Shown piece by piece: positions 9,287-18,703 of a DNA stretch of 64,000 nt; within the stretch, counting starts at the first letter, position 1; each line of letters begins with the position of its first letter. The position numbers and the translations under genes are program-made. The notes below the pieces were generated by a model, which was not told where the DNA came from, did no database searches, and worked only from the letters and a program-made list of their open reading frames with translations. This DNA is from Planctomycetota bacterium (GTDB lineage: Bacteria > Planctomycetota > GCA-002687715 > CAIWVZ01): NCBI GenBank assembly GCA_044222185.1, contig JBGANV010000005.1:384001-448000 (forward strand). The letters are read 5' to 3'.

Positions 9287-11983
9287 ATGCCCGGTAGCTT
9301 CGACGCGAAGTCGACGCGCCGCCTGCTCGCCATCTTCGAAGACGTATGCGACCTGCCGGCCGCGGCGCGCGATGCCGCGCTTGCCGAGGCCTGCGGCAAC
9401 GATCACGTCCTGAGAACGCGCGTCGAACGGTTGCTCGACGAAGACCGCGGGTCACCCTGCAGGGAGGCAGTGTCGTCGTGGGACGAACTGCGCGCCGCCG
9501 TGCATCACATCGCCGCCGACGGTCCGACATCCCCGTCGTCGCAGGTGTTCCCTTCATTCCTCGGCGCCTATCGCCTGATCCGCAAGATCGGCGAAGGCGG
9601 CATGGGCGTCGTCTACGAAGCCGAGCAGCCGAGCCTCGCCCGCCACGTCGCCCTGAAGGTGATCCGAGGAGGGTGGCTCACACCCGGCGGCGTTCGACGC
9701 TTCCGGCGCGAGACGGACGCCCTCGGTCGCCTGGATCACCCGGGCATTGCGCGCATCTTCGAGGCGGGCACGACTCAATCGAATGGACAACCGCTCCCCT
9801 ATTTCGCGATGGAACTCGTCCACGGGGAGGCCATCGATCGCTACGTGACCTCGCACGCTCTGCGTCCGGTGGAGATCGTCCGCCAGATGATCGAGATCTG
9901 CCGAACCATCGACTACGCCCACCAGCGCGGTGTGATCCACCGGGACTTGAAGCCCGCGAACATCCTCGTCGACGCCGACGGGCACACCAAGATCATCGAC
10001 TTCGGAGTCGCGGTCGCACGCCCGGGGCCGGGCGAACAGCCACAGACCACCGCCACACTCGCCCCCTTCGCTGGCACGCTGGCATACACGAGTCCGGAGC
10101 AGGTCTCCGGCGTGGGAGACGGCGGAGACGCCCGTTCGGACATCTATGCGCTTGGGATGGTGTTGTTCGAACTCCTCGCGGGCCGCCCCGCCTTCGATCT
10201 CGCGGGGCGCGGCCTGCTGGACGCGCTGCGTGCGATCCGTGACGACGAGGTGCCCCGACTGAGGACTCTGGCACCGGGCATCCCAGCCGACCTCGAAGCG
10301 ATCGTCGCGAAGGCCACGGAGAAGCCGCGAGAGCGCCGTTATCAGTCTGCGCACGAGTTCGCCGACGACTTGCAGCGATACGTGGACGACGTCCCGGTCG
10401 CCGCGCGCGTCGGAGGAACGTGGTACGGACTGTGGAAGCTCGCGCGCCGCAACCGAAAGGCCGTGATCGCCGCGGCGGCCGTGCTCGTCGCGCTCCTCGC
10501 CGGCGCAACCGCGACGACGATCGCCTGGCAGGCCGCCCGGAAGGAGAAGGCGCTGCGATCGGAGCAGTACTCGGCCGCGCGCCAAGCCTTCACGGACCTG
10601 GTCCGCCAGATCACCAAGGGGGAAGAGAGCGCCGTCCAAGTCGGGTTCCGCCGACAGCTGCTGGACGCCATGCTTCGCCACATCGAGGACCTGTGTCGCG
10701 CCGATCCCAGCAACGCAGGTCTGACTGCATTGCGCGCCGAGGCGCTCGTTCGACTGGGTTCGGCGCAGCGCGAAGCGGGGGATTTCCGCGGAGCTCGCGT
10801 CAGCCAGGAGTCGGCGCTCGCCATTCGCCAGGAACTCGCGTCCGGCGGCACGCCTGAAGTCGCAGCGCGACGGGACCTCGCCGAAAGCGAAGTCAAGCTG
10901 GGGGATCTCGACAAGGAAACCGGCGCGATCATGGACGCGTTCGCGCAGTACGAGCACGCGCTCGCGTTGCACGAACGCCTCGCATCCGAGCATCCGGACG
11001 ATCTCGCAGTCATCGACGACCTGGCGTGGAGCCACGAGCGGATCGGGGCCCTCTGCATGACCCTCGGTGACTTGCGTGCTGCCGATCGACACTTCGAGCT
11101 GCGTCGAGGCCTGGTCGACCGGCTGGCACGTGAACGGCCCACCCAGGCCGAGGCCGTTCACGCGCAGTTCACCAGCGCTGAATATCGCGCGGGACTCTGC
11201 GACCTGCTCGGTGAGACCGAGGAGGCGCGCCGCCTGCGCCATGAAGCCCTCGCGCACGCCCAGCGCATGCTGGAGATGAAGCCCGACTATCCCTCGTTCG
11301 TCCATGCGGCGGACTCCGTGCGCGCGCAGCTCTTCGGCAGAGACAGTCGCCCGGAGTCGCGGATCGCGCCTCGCGACCCGATCGACCAGGCGCTCGTGCA
11401 CGCGGAGAGGCTCCAGCGCGAAGACCCGATCAACCCGTACCTCGCAACGATGCTCGGCAGCGCGCTTCGCGATGCCGCGATGCGGGACGAAGCGGAAGGC
11501 CTTTGGGCTCGCGCTCGCCAGCACGTGACCCGAGCCAACGACGTTCTCCGCTCCGCCCTCTCCATCGCACCCGAGAACGTGGAGGTGATGCACGCGGCCA
11601 TGACGACCCGTCTCCATCTGGCGGCGATCGAGAAGCAGGCCGGCAATTCCGAGGCGGCGCGCGCACTCGACGAGGAGGGGCGGACCCTCGCGACACGACT
11701 CGCCAGCATTTGCCCAAGTCCCCCGATCATCGCTGAGGTCGCCGCGCTGATGCTCGACCCACGCGTCACCGCGCCGGCCGATCCGCGAAGCGTCATCCGC
11801 ATGATCACCCAATCGCCGCCAGGCCGCCGACGACCGGGCTTCCACCTTCTGATGCTCCTGCGCCGCCTGCACGGTCAGACGGGAGACCGCGCCGCAGTGG
11901 CCGAGGACGAACGGGCGCTGCTCGAGGTGATTCCGGAACGCGACACGCCGCTTCGGCGCGAATTGCAGTCCGCAGCTCGATGA
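9287..11983 (+). CDS. Membrane Ser/Thr protein kinase with C-terminal TPR-like sensor region
   Basis: GEGGMG loop, VALK, HRDLKPAN, DFG, GTLAYTSPEQ; TM helix AVIAAAAVLVALLAGA; helical repeats after it. RBS GGAG lies upstream. Confidence 0.95.
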   Translation: MPGSFDAKSTRRLLAIFEDVCDLPAAARDAALAEACGNDHVLRTRVERLLDEDRGSPCREAVSSWDELRAAVHHIAADGPTSPSSQVFPSFLGAYRLIRKIGEGGMGVVYEAEQPSLARHVALKVIRGGWLTPGGVRRFRRETDALGRLDHPGIARIFEAGTTQSNGQPLPYFAMELVHGEAIDRYVTSHALRPVEIVRQMIEICRTIDYAHQRGVIHRDLKPANILVDADGHTKIIDFGVAVARPGPGEQPQTTATLAPFAGTLAYTSPEQVSGVGDGGDARSDIYALGMVLFELLAGRPAFDLAGRGLLDALRAIRDDEVPRLRTLAPGIPADLEAIVAKATEKPRERRYQSAHEFADDLQRYVDDVPVAARVGGTWYGLWKLARRNRKAVIAAAAVLVALLAGATATTIAWQAARKEKALRSEQYSAARQAFTDLVRQITKGEESAVQVGFRRQLLDAMLRHIEDLCRADPSNAGLTALRAEALVRLGSAQREAGDFRGARVSQESALAIRQELASGGTPEVAARRDLAESEVKLGDLDKETGAIMDAFAQYEHALALHERLASEHPDDLAVIDDLAWSHERIGALCMTLGDLRAADRHFELRRGLVDRLARERPTQAEAVHAQFTSAEYRAGLCDLLGETEEARRLRHEALAHAQRMLEMKPDYPSFVHAADSVRAQLFGRDSRPESRIAPRDPIDQALVHAERLQREDPINPYLATMLGSALRDAAMRDEAEGLWARARQHVTRANDVLRSALSIAPENVEVMHAAMTTRLHLAAIEKQAGNSEAARALDEEGRTLATRLASICPSPPIIAEVAALMLDPRVTAPADPRSVIRMITQSPPGRRRPGFHLLMLLRRLHGQTGDRAAVAEDERALLEVIPERDTPLRRELQSAAR

Positions 11984-12260
11984 ATGTCGACGCCGAGCCC
12001 GCACGACCGAAGCGGGGTCCGCAGGCGGCACGGCTCGACGACGACGGCGCATCCCCGCGTCGATCCAGGCCCGGCGAACGGCCGGGCGGGGCCCGTCATC
12101 TCGGCTCACCAACTTTTTTTTCCGGGGGCCTGTAATGCCGAGGCAACTCGACGCACCGGTAAGACTGTTGTGATCGGGGAACCGGTTGCAGTTGGAGCCG
12201 TCGAGCGACGGTTCGGCTGACCGGATCCTGCCCTCGATCCTCTCCCGACATGAGGTCGCC

Positions 12261-14369
12261 GTGAATACACGCATGGATCGCCGTCTGTTCGCAGTCGTCA
12301 TCGTGGCCGGACTGGGGCTTCTCGCCACGGCGCGGCTGATGACGAACACCTCCGGGCGGGGCGGCCGACCTTCGGCGGAAGCCGCGCCGACGCCGATGCG
12401 ACCGGAGTCCCGGCCGACGGTCGCGGCCGAGCGGATCACCGCAAACGCGTTCGCGTCGACGGAGAATGCCGCACTGCGTGGCCAGGCGACCTCCCTGACC
12501 GGTCGCGTGATCGACACCAGCGGCGTCCCGATCGAGGGCGCCCTCGTCGCAATCCACGCGGACCCGACCCGCGGACGCGGCACGCCCGCGGAGACGACGG
12601 CGCTCACCGAGACGATCTCGAACGAGGACGGCCGATTCACGTTCGACGGCATCCTCTGGAGCCAGGTCTACGCCTTGCGCGTGGAACACGACGGATTCCG
12701 CATCAAGCGCGTGCGGCCGATCCACGTGGACGACCCCGCATCGCTGAACCAGACGGTGACTCTCCAGCGCGGCGCTGACCTCACGGGGACCGTCCGGAGC
12801 GACGACCACACGCCGCTCGCCGACGTGGACGTCTCCGTGTTCGAGTCCATCGGTCCTTCAGCGCGCCCGACCCCTCTCTTCGAACGCCACGTCCGCACGG
12901 CCCGCGACGGAACGTTCCGCATCCCGGCGATCACGCCCGGCGTGAAGCGCCTCGTCGCGGAGAAGGCGGGATTCGCCACGGAGATCGTCGAAGAACACCG
13001 CTTCGGCGGAGCGGCGGACGAACCACCCGTCGAGATCATCCTCAGTCATGGCGAGACGGTCTGCGGTCGCGTCATCGATGCGATCGCGGGCGGCGGGCTC
13101 GCCGGCATCCGCATCGGGCTGCGCATGCGCGGCCCGTGGGCACCTCCATCCGGCGTGACGAAGCCCGACGCCGGAACGCCGGCATCCTCGCGCGCCGTCC
13201 CCGCCGGATCGTGCGAGCGCATCGACCCGCACGTCGTGATGAGCTCCGTCGGAGCCGACGACGGCGCGGCCCTGGTCTCGCGCTTTCCGGACGCGATCCG
13301 CTCGCGGGCCCTCTTCGATCTGTTCACCGTGTCCGGCGAGAACGGCGCGTTCAGGTTCACCGGCCTGTGCCGCGCCGAGTACGTCGCATTCATCGCCGAC
13401 GACACGGCGTCCCAGGGCACGGAGTGGATCGTCCACGCCGGAGAAACGGACGTGACGCTCGACATCGCGCCCGGCGGAACGGTGGCGGGCCGCGTCATCG
13501 ACGCTGACTCGGGCTCACCCGTGACCGGCTTCGCCATCGCCGCATCGTGCGCAGCGGAGTCGGGATTCGTGACCGGCGACAAGCGTCGTCAGCTCACGAG
13601 CCGTGACGGCCGCTTCCTCCTGCGGACGGCCGTCGGCGCTGCCGTGAACGTCTTCGTCTGGGCGAATGGGTTCACGGACGGCTACGCCGGCCCGTTCGAG
13701 ATCCGCCCGAACACCGCACTCGCCGACGTCACGATCGCCATGCACCGCGCCGCCCGCGTCCACGGACTCGTCACGGGGCCGCGCGGCGAGACCGTCCGGG
13801 GCGCGATCGTCACGCTCGTCGATCCGTTTCCAGCCGTCGAATCAGGCATGATCCGTTTCATGACGCGCCGCTCGCTCGGCGCCCTCGCGGGGCTGACGAC
13901 CCTCACGGACGACACGGGGAACTTCACGCTCTGCGGCGTCCCCGCCGGGGAGTTCGCGCTCCGCATCCGCCACGCGGAATTCGCCGAGTCGGAAACCCCG
14001 AGCTTCGTGTGCTCCGGCCGCGGAGACCACCAGGTGCAAGACACCACGCTGCATCGCGGCGCCGCACTCGAAGGCAAGGTGCTCGGCATGGAAGGCACGA
14101 CGACCCACGTGATCGTCCGCGGCATGTGGCCCAACGCGCCCATCCGCGAACTCGACGGCGCTGCCGGCACGACCCTCCGCTGCACCGGCCTGCCGGCCGG
14201 CACGTACCAGATCCTCACGTCGACGGGGCAGACACCGGACCCGGCGACGTTCCTGAAACAAGCTCGAACGGTCCCCACCATCGAGCTGCGCGACGGTGAA
14301 ACCACCACGGGATTGTTCTTCGGCGAAGCACCTCCGCAGGAGGCGCCGCCGCGGAGCAAGAACCGATAG
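12261..14369 (+). CDS. Carboxypeptidase-regulatory-like (Cna-B/transthyretin-like) repeat protein with N-terminal membrane anchor
   Basis: Repeated GRVID..G.PI.GA.V and T..DGRF motifs; N-terminal hydrophobic helix. GTG at 12261 follows GAGG (alternative ATG 12273). Confidence 0.8.
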   Translation: MNTRMDRRLFAVVIVAGLGLLATARLMTNTSGRGGRPSAEAAPTPMRPESRPTVAAERITANAFASTENAALRGQATSLTGRVIDTSGVPIEGALVAIHADPTRGRGTPAETTALTETISNEDGRFTFDGILWSQVYALRVEHDGFRIKRVRPIHVDDPASLNQTVTLQRGADLTGTVRSDDHTPLADVDVSVFESIGPSARPTPLFERHVRTARDGTFRIPAITPGVKRLVAEKAGFATEIVEEHRFGGAADEPPVEIILSHGETVCGRVIDAIAGGGLAGIRIGLRMRGPWAPPSGVTKPDAGTPASSRAVPAGSCERIDPHVVMSSVGADDGAALVSRFPDAIRSRALFDLFTVSGENGAFRFTGLCRAEYVAFIADDTASQGTEWIVHAGETDVTLDIAPGGTVAGRVIDADSGSPVTGFAIAASCAAESGFVTGDKRRQLTSRDGRFLLRTAVGAAVNVFVWANGFTDGYAGPFEIRPNTALADVTIAMHRAARVHGLVTGPRGETVRGAIVTLVDPFPAVESGMIRFMTRRSLGALAGLTTLTDDTGNFTLCGVPAGEFALRIRHAEFAESETPSFVCSGRGDHQVQDTTLHRGAALEGKVLGMEGTTTHVIVRGMWPNAPIRELDGAAGTTLRCTGLPAGTYQILTSTGQTPDPATFLKQARTVPTIELRDGETTTGLFFGEAPPQEAPPRSKNR

Positions 14370-14424
14370 GAATCCGCAACCGGAGCCACACCCGGCTCCA
14401 CTCGATCCACAAGGAGTCACGCTC

Positions 14425-15783
14425 ATGAATCGCAGTCTGTCCACACTCGTCGTCTTCGCAGTTCTCGCCGCAGCCGCCTCCGGCCAGACCGGCATCCTCG
14501 TCGGCCAGGCGATCTCCCTCAATCAGCCGATTCCGCCGCAGGGGACCGGTGGCACATGTGGAACGCCGCAGTCGACGGCGGTCGTCGGCTTCACAGTGAC
14601 CACGCTCGGAGTCGTCCACGCACCGGCCATCACCCTCAACATCGACCACACGTTCGTCGGTGACCTCACGATGACGCTCTCGCACGGCGGAACGTCGGTG
14701 ACCCTCTCGAACGGGAACTCCTTCTTGGGACTCCCCGCGACGCGCGAGCTGCACGGCAACTACACCTTCCAGGATTCAGCGCCGACGGCGTTCTTGAACG
14801 CCCCGTGGACCGGGGTCACGTTCAACCCGGGCGCGTACCGTCCCGCGTCGCCGCTCGCCGTCTTCAACGGCATGGCGATCGCCGGCACGTGGACGCTCAC
14901 GATCTGCGACGAGGCGCCCAGCGACTCGGGGGTGCTCCACAGCCTCGAAGTCGTTTGCGAGTTCGGCGGCGCTGCCGTGGCGGACGTCGGTCTGCCGGCC
15001 GCGATCCCGCCGCAGGGAACCGGCGGTGTGTGCTCGTCGCCCGGCAACACGACCGTTCGCACGGTGAACATCGGCACGCCCGGACGCGTCGCCTACATGT
15101 GGGCCGATCTGAACATGAACCACACCTTCTCGAGCGACCTCCGCATCTCCATCAGCCACAACGGCGTCACACGCATGCTCTTCGACGGCGACAACGACGG
15201 AACGGGCAGCGCCGCCTTCGCCGGGACGTACTCGTTCAACTCCGGACCAGGTCCCCAGATCAACGGCGCGAGCGTCAGCGGCGGCACGGTGCAGCCCGGG
15301 AGCTACGCGGCGAGGGAGTCGCTCTCGGTCTTCACCGGCATGGAGATGAGCGGGGCGTGGACCCTCAGCATCTGTGACCAGTACTCGGTCGACACGGGGA
15401 GCTTGAACGGCCTCGTGCTGCGCCTCGCGAGCGAAGGGTTCACGCTCTCGCTTGCGCAGCCGTCCGGGTCGGCGTCGATCTCGGCGCATGACGCCAACGG
15501 GTCCGCAGTCGGCAACGGCTACTTCAACGCGTTCACGACGACGGCCGGTGCCTATCCCTACGGCTGGTTCGAGGGCATCGACATCCTGCAAAGCGAGCTG
15601 CTCTTCCAGTTGAACCTGCCGCTGCCGCTCTTCGCCGGCACGCTCGGCGCCAACGTCGATGCGACGCCGACACTGACTGCGACGATCCCGGGCGGCATCA
15701 CGCTCTACGGCGTCGCCCTCGAGATCGGCGGGAACCAGATCCGCCAGGTCGCTCCGCCGATCGCCTACACGACGGCCCCCTGA
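14425..15783 (+). CDS. Secreted protein with two proprotein-convertase P-domains and a conserved C-terminal domain
   Basis: AAGGAG RBS and signal peptide (AAAASG/Q). Two copies of HTF..DL...LSH and F.G....G.WTL.ICD....D.G.L P-domain motifs; no subtilase catalytic domain. Confidence 0.85.
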   Translation: MNRSLSTLVVFAVLAAAASGQTGILVGQAISLNQPIPPQGTGGTCGTPQSTAVVGFTVTTLGVVHAPAITLNIDHTFVGDLTMTLSHGGTSVTLSNGNSFLGLPATRELHGNYTFQDSAPTAFLNAPWTGVTFNPGAYRPASPLAVFNGMAIAGTWTLTICDEAPSDSGVLHSLEVVCEFGGAAVADVGLPAAIPPQGTGGVCSSPGNTTVRTVNIGTPGRVAYMWADLNMNHTFSSDLRISISHNGVTRMLFDGDNDGTGSAAFAGTYSFNSGPGPQINGASVSGGTVQPGSYAARESLSVFTGMEMSGAWTLSICDQYSVDTGSLNGLVLRLASEGFTLSLAQPSGSASISAHDANGSAVGNGYFNAFTTTAGAYPYGWFEGIDILQSELLFQLNLPLPLFAGTLGANVDATPTLTATIPGGITLYGVALEIGGNQIRQVAPPIAYTTAP

Positions 15784-15852
15784 TTCGTCGCGCGGCTCGC
15801 GGCGTCCGCATCAAGACGCCGCCAGAACCTCGCTTCACGAAGGAAGAACATC

Positions 15853-17214
15853 ATGCTTCGCAACGACACGCTCCGACTCTCGGCTCTCATCCTCGTCCTC
15901 ACCTCTTCACTGGCGGCCCAGACGGCGGCGACGCGCGCGTTCCATTTCACGCCCAACGCCACGATCCCACCCAGCGGATCGGGCGGCGCCTGCGGCACGA
16001 CCTCATCGACGTTCACCGTTCCCATGCCGATTTCGGCCGTGGGACTCGTGAGCAGGGTGAGCGTCACGCTCGGAATCGACCACACGTACGTCGGTGACCT
16101 GGACATCTCCCTCCAACACGATGGCGTGACCGTTCCGCTGTGCAGCGGCTCCAACGCCTCCAACCCGACGCTCCAGCTCCACGGGCAGTACACGTTCGCG
16201 GATGCAGCGGGCGCGGCGTTCGTGCTCGCGTCCTCGGCGGGATCTCCGCCCACGATCGTGCCCGGCACGTACCGTCCGACGCAATTCCTCTCGGCGTTCA
16301 ACGGCACGAGCGCTGGCGGAGTGTGGAGCCTCACGGTGTGCGATCAAGCGTCCGCGGACGTGGGCGTGCTCCACGACGTCACCGTCACGGTCGGACTCGC
16401 GGGGCCGACGATCATCGACCCCGCGCCGCCCTCCGCGATTCCGCCCACCGGCACCGGCGGCACCTGCGGCCTGCCGTCGACGACGTTCACGCGAACGATC
16501 GGCGTGCCAGCGTCCGGTCACGTGGCTGAAGTGCGAGTCCGGCTGAACATGGGCCACAGCTGGGCGTCCGACCTCGTCATCACCCTGAGCCACGACGGCG
16601 TCTCGCGGCTGTTGTTCAACGGGCCGGGCTCGGGGCTGAGCGACCAGGATCTCTCGGGCAACTACACGTTCGCGGACACGGACGGCGTCTCCATCGCGAC
16701 CGGCGTCGTCAACGGAGTCGTCCAACAAGGGACGTACCTGCCGTCCGCGAGCTTCGTCCCATTCCGGGGTCGGGAGGCCGCGGGCACGTGGCAGCTCACG
16801 GTGTGCGACCGCGCGTCGAGCGACGTGGGTTACCTCTCCGCGTTCGAACTGGACCTGGTGATGGAGGGCTTCACGATGGCGATCCAGCAGCCGGCGGGCG
16901 CGGCCTCGGTGTCGACCCGTGACCAGAACGGCGCGCAGGCCGGTGACACGTACTTCAACGCGCTCACGCTCACGGCGGGCAGCTACCCCTACGGGTGGTT
17001 CCACGGAATCGACATCGGCTTCGACGAACTCACGTTCCAGTTGAACCTGCCGATCCCGTTCTTCAACGGCACGCTCGATGGTTCGGTGACGGCCGTGGGC
17101 ACGATCCCGGGACCGATCCCGGGCGGCATCCACGTCTATGCCGTCGGGATCGACTTCCGCGCGGGCGCCGCAGCGCAGACGTCGGTGCCCGTCAGCTACG
17201 TGACGGCGCCCTGA
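15853..17214 (+). CDS. Secreted tandem P-domain protein, paralog of 14425..15783
   Basis: Signal peptide (SSLAA/Q); [32 protein letters not shown]; collinear with the upstream paralog. Confidence 0.85.
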   Translation: MLRNDTLRLSALILVLTSSLAAQTAATRAFHFTPNATIPPSGSGGACGTTSSTFTVPMPISAVGLVSRVSVTLGIDHTYVGDLDISLQHDGVTVPLCSGSNASNPTLQLHGQYTFADAAGAAFVLASSAGSPPTIVPGTYRPTQFLSAFNGTSAGGVWSLTVCDQASADVGVLHDVTVTVGLAGPTIIDPAPPSAIPPTGTGGTCGLPSTTFTRTIGVPASGHVAEVRVRLNMGHSWASDLVITLSHDGVSRLLFNGPGSGLSDQDLSGNYTFADTDGVSIATGVVNGVVQQGTYLPSASFVPFRGREAAGTWQLTVCDRASSDVGYLSAFELDLVMEGFTMAIQQPAGAASVSTRDQNGAQAGDTYFNALTLTAGSYPYGWFHGIDIGFDELTFQLNLPIPFFNGTLDGSVTAVGTIPGPIPGGIHVYAVGIDFRAGAAAQTSVPVSYVTAP

Positions 17215-17893
17215 TCGCCCGCGCAACGAGATCGCCGGCGTCGCGCTCGACCACGATCGCGAAGTCGAATCGGTCGATCTCCGTCGCGAGACGGAGGTCG
17301 GCGGCACTGATCCAGTCGACGGCCGGGTCCTGCGCCCGTCGACCCGCGGGCGATTCGACGACGCGCCGGACCACCTCGCGTGGATCGCACGGCTCTCCGC
17401 GGAGCCGCGCGCGGATCAACTCGGCGCACGCCACGTCCTCGTCGCCGTCCGAACCGTCGGGCATGCCCGTGGCGACGAGCAACACCTCTCGCGCTCCGAC
17501 CGCCTGCAGGTAGCGCGCCGTGGCACTGGCGACGCTGAGGCTCGCGACGAGGAGGCCCCGCGCCGCCGTCGCGCGCACGACGCCCTGAGTGCCGCTGCTG
17601 CTCCGCAGGATCACGGTGCGCCCGCGCAAGTCCGCACGGCTCACGACATCCGGCGAGTTGCCGAAGTCGAACCCGGGGATCGGCCGACCGTCGACCTCGC
17701 CGACGGCGACCGAGCCCGGAGTGGACGCGCGACGGGCGAGCGCCTCCTCGACGCTGCCGACGAGGACGATCCGCTCCGCCCCCGCCGCAAGCGCGTGCGC
17801 CGTCGTGGTGAACGCCCGGAGCACGTCGATCACGACGACCCACCCGCGCCCTTCCCCGGCGGAAGCCGCCCCTTCCCTGATGCTGATGTTCAT
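17192..17893 (-). CDS. comB: 2-phosphosulfolactate phosphatase family protein
   Basis: [15 protein letters not shown]....[21 protein letters not shown]. The real start MNISIREG at 17893 lies inside ORF 17192..18688; the 3' end overlaps the convergent gene. Confidence 0.9.
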   Translation of the reverse strand: MNISIREGAASAGEGRGWVVVIDVLRAFTTTAHALAAGAERIVLVGSVEEALARRASTPGSVAVGEVDGRPIPGFDFGNSPDVVSRADLRGRTVILRSSSGTQGVVRATAARGLLVASLSVASATARYLQAVGAREVLLVATGMPDGSDGDEDVACAELIRARLRGEPCDPREVVRRVVESPAGRRAQDPAVDWISAADLRLATEIDRFDFAIVVERDAGDLVARAIRAPSRS

Positions 17894-18061
17894 GGTTCGA
17901 GCGAATCGCCGCCCGGCCCCGTCGATCTGAGCGACTTTCGGGGCGGAAGCAGTTATCGGCGCGGACGATACGAAGCCCGGCAAGACGCCCGATCCGCGAA
18001 TCGAGAATCGTTCGGGAAGCTTCCGGCATCGGAAAGGGTTGTGATGATGAGGCCCAACTCC

Positions 18062-18670
18062 ATGAGACCCCAAACCGGAACGTTGTTTCACTCGATGGCG
18101 TCGATGCTCGCGCTCTCCGTGCTCCTTTCGGGATGCGCTCGCGAACCGGCGGCGACCGCGAAGATCTCGGCGCCCACCCCCGGCGAGGCGCGATCGTCGA
18201 GCGCCGCCAGCGCCCTCGAAACCACTCCTTCCAACGCGGAGTCCCAACCCATGCCAGAGAAAATCACCAAGTCGGACGCAGAGTGGCGAAAAGAGCTCAC
18301 GCCCGAGCAGTACCACGTGCTTCGTGAGAAGGGCACGGAGCGAGCGTTCACCGGCAAGTACTGGAACACGAAGACCAAGGGCGTCTACAAGTGCGCCGGT
18401 TGCGGAGCCGAGCTGTTCACGTCCGACTCGAAGTTCGACTCCGGCTGCGGGTGGCCGAGCTTCGACCGCCCGATGGCCGGCCAGGGAATCGAGGAACACG
18501 CGGACCGCAGCTTCGGGATGGTGCGGACGGAAGTGACGTGCGCCCGCTGCGGCGCACACCTCGGACATGTCTTCGACGATGGCCCGACGCCCACGGGCCT
18601 GCGTTACTGCATCAACTCGGTGTCGATCGACCTGAAGGCCGACGAGAAGGCGGCGGACGAGAAGAAGTAG
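18062..18670 (+). CDS. msrB: Peptide-methionine (R)-S-oxide reductase MsrB with N-terminal lipoprotein-like signal
   Basis: [26 protein letters not shown] zinc motifs, GCGWPSF, HLGHVF, RYCINS. The start is uncertain (18044/18062/18095/18251). Confidence 0.95.
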   Translation: MRPQTGTLFHSMASMLALSVLLSGCAREPAATAKISAPTPGEARSSSAASALETTPSNAESQPMPEKITKSDAEWRKELTPEQYHVLREKGTERAFTGKYWNTKTKGVYKCAGCGAELFTSDSKFDSGCGWPSFDRPMAGQGIEEHADRSFGMVRTEVTCARCGAHLGHVFDDGPTPTGLRYCINSVSIDLKADEKAADEKK

Positions 18671-18703
18671 ACGAACGCGCGCCGCCAACGGCGCGCAGCC
18701 GAC

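Noticed and set aside
9554-12652. 1032-aa minus-strand ORF (similar cases: 38503..42117 -, 53290..56481 +, 61120..63438 -, 56294..58417 -)
   Set aside because: These are antisense shadows of well-supported genes, expected at high GC, and show no recognisable motifs.
17894-18688. Apparent N-terminal extension of comB (ORF 17192..18688)
   Set aside because: It is the antisense of msrB; ComB homology begins at 17893.
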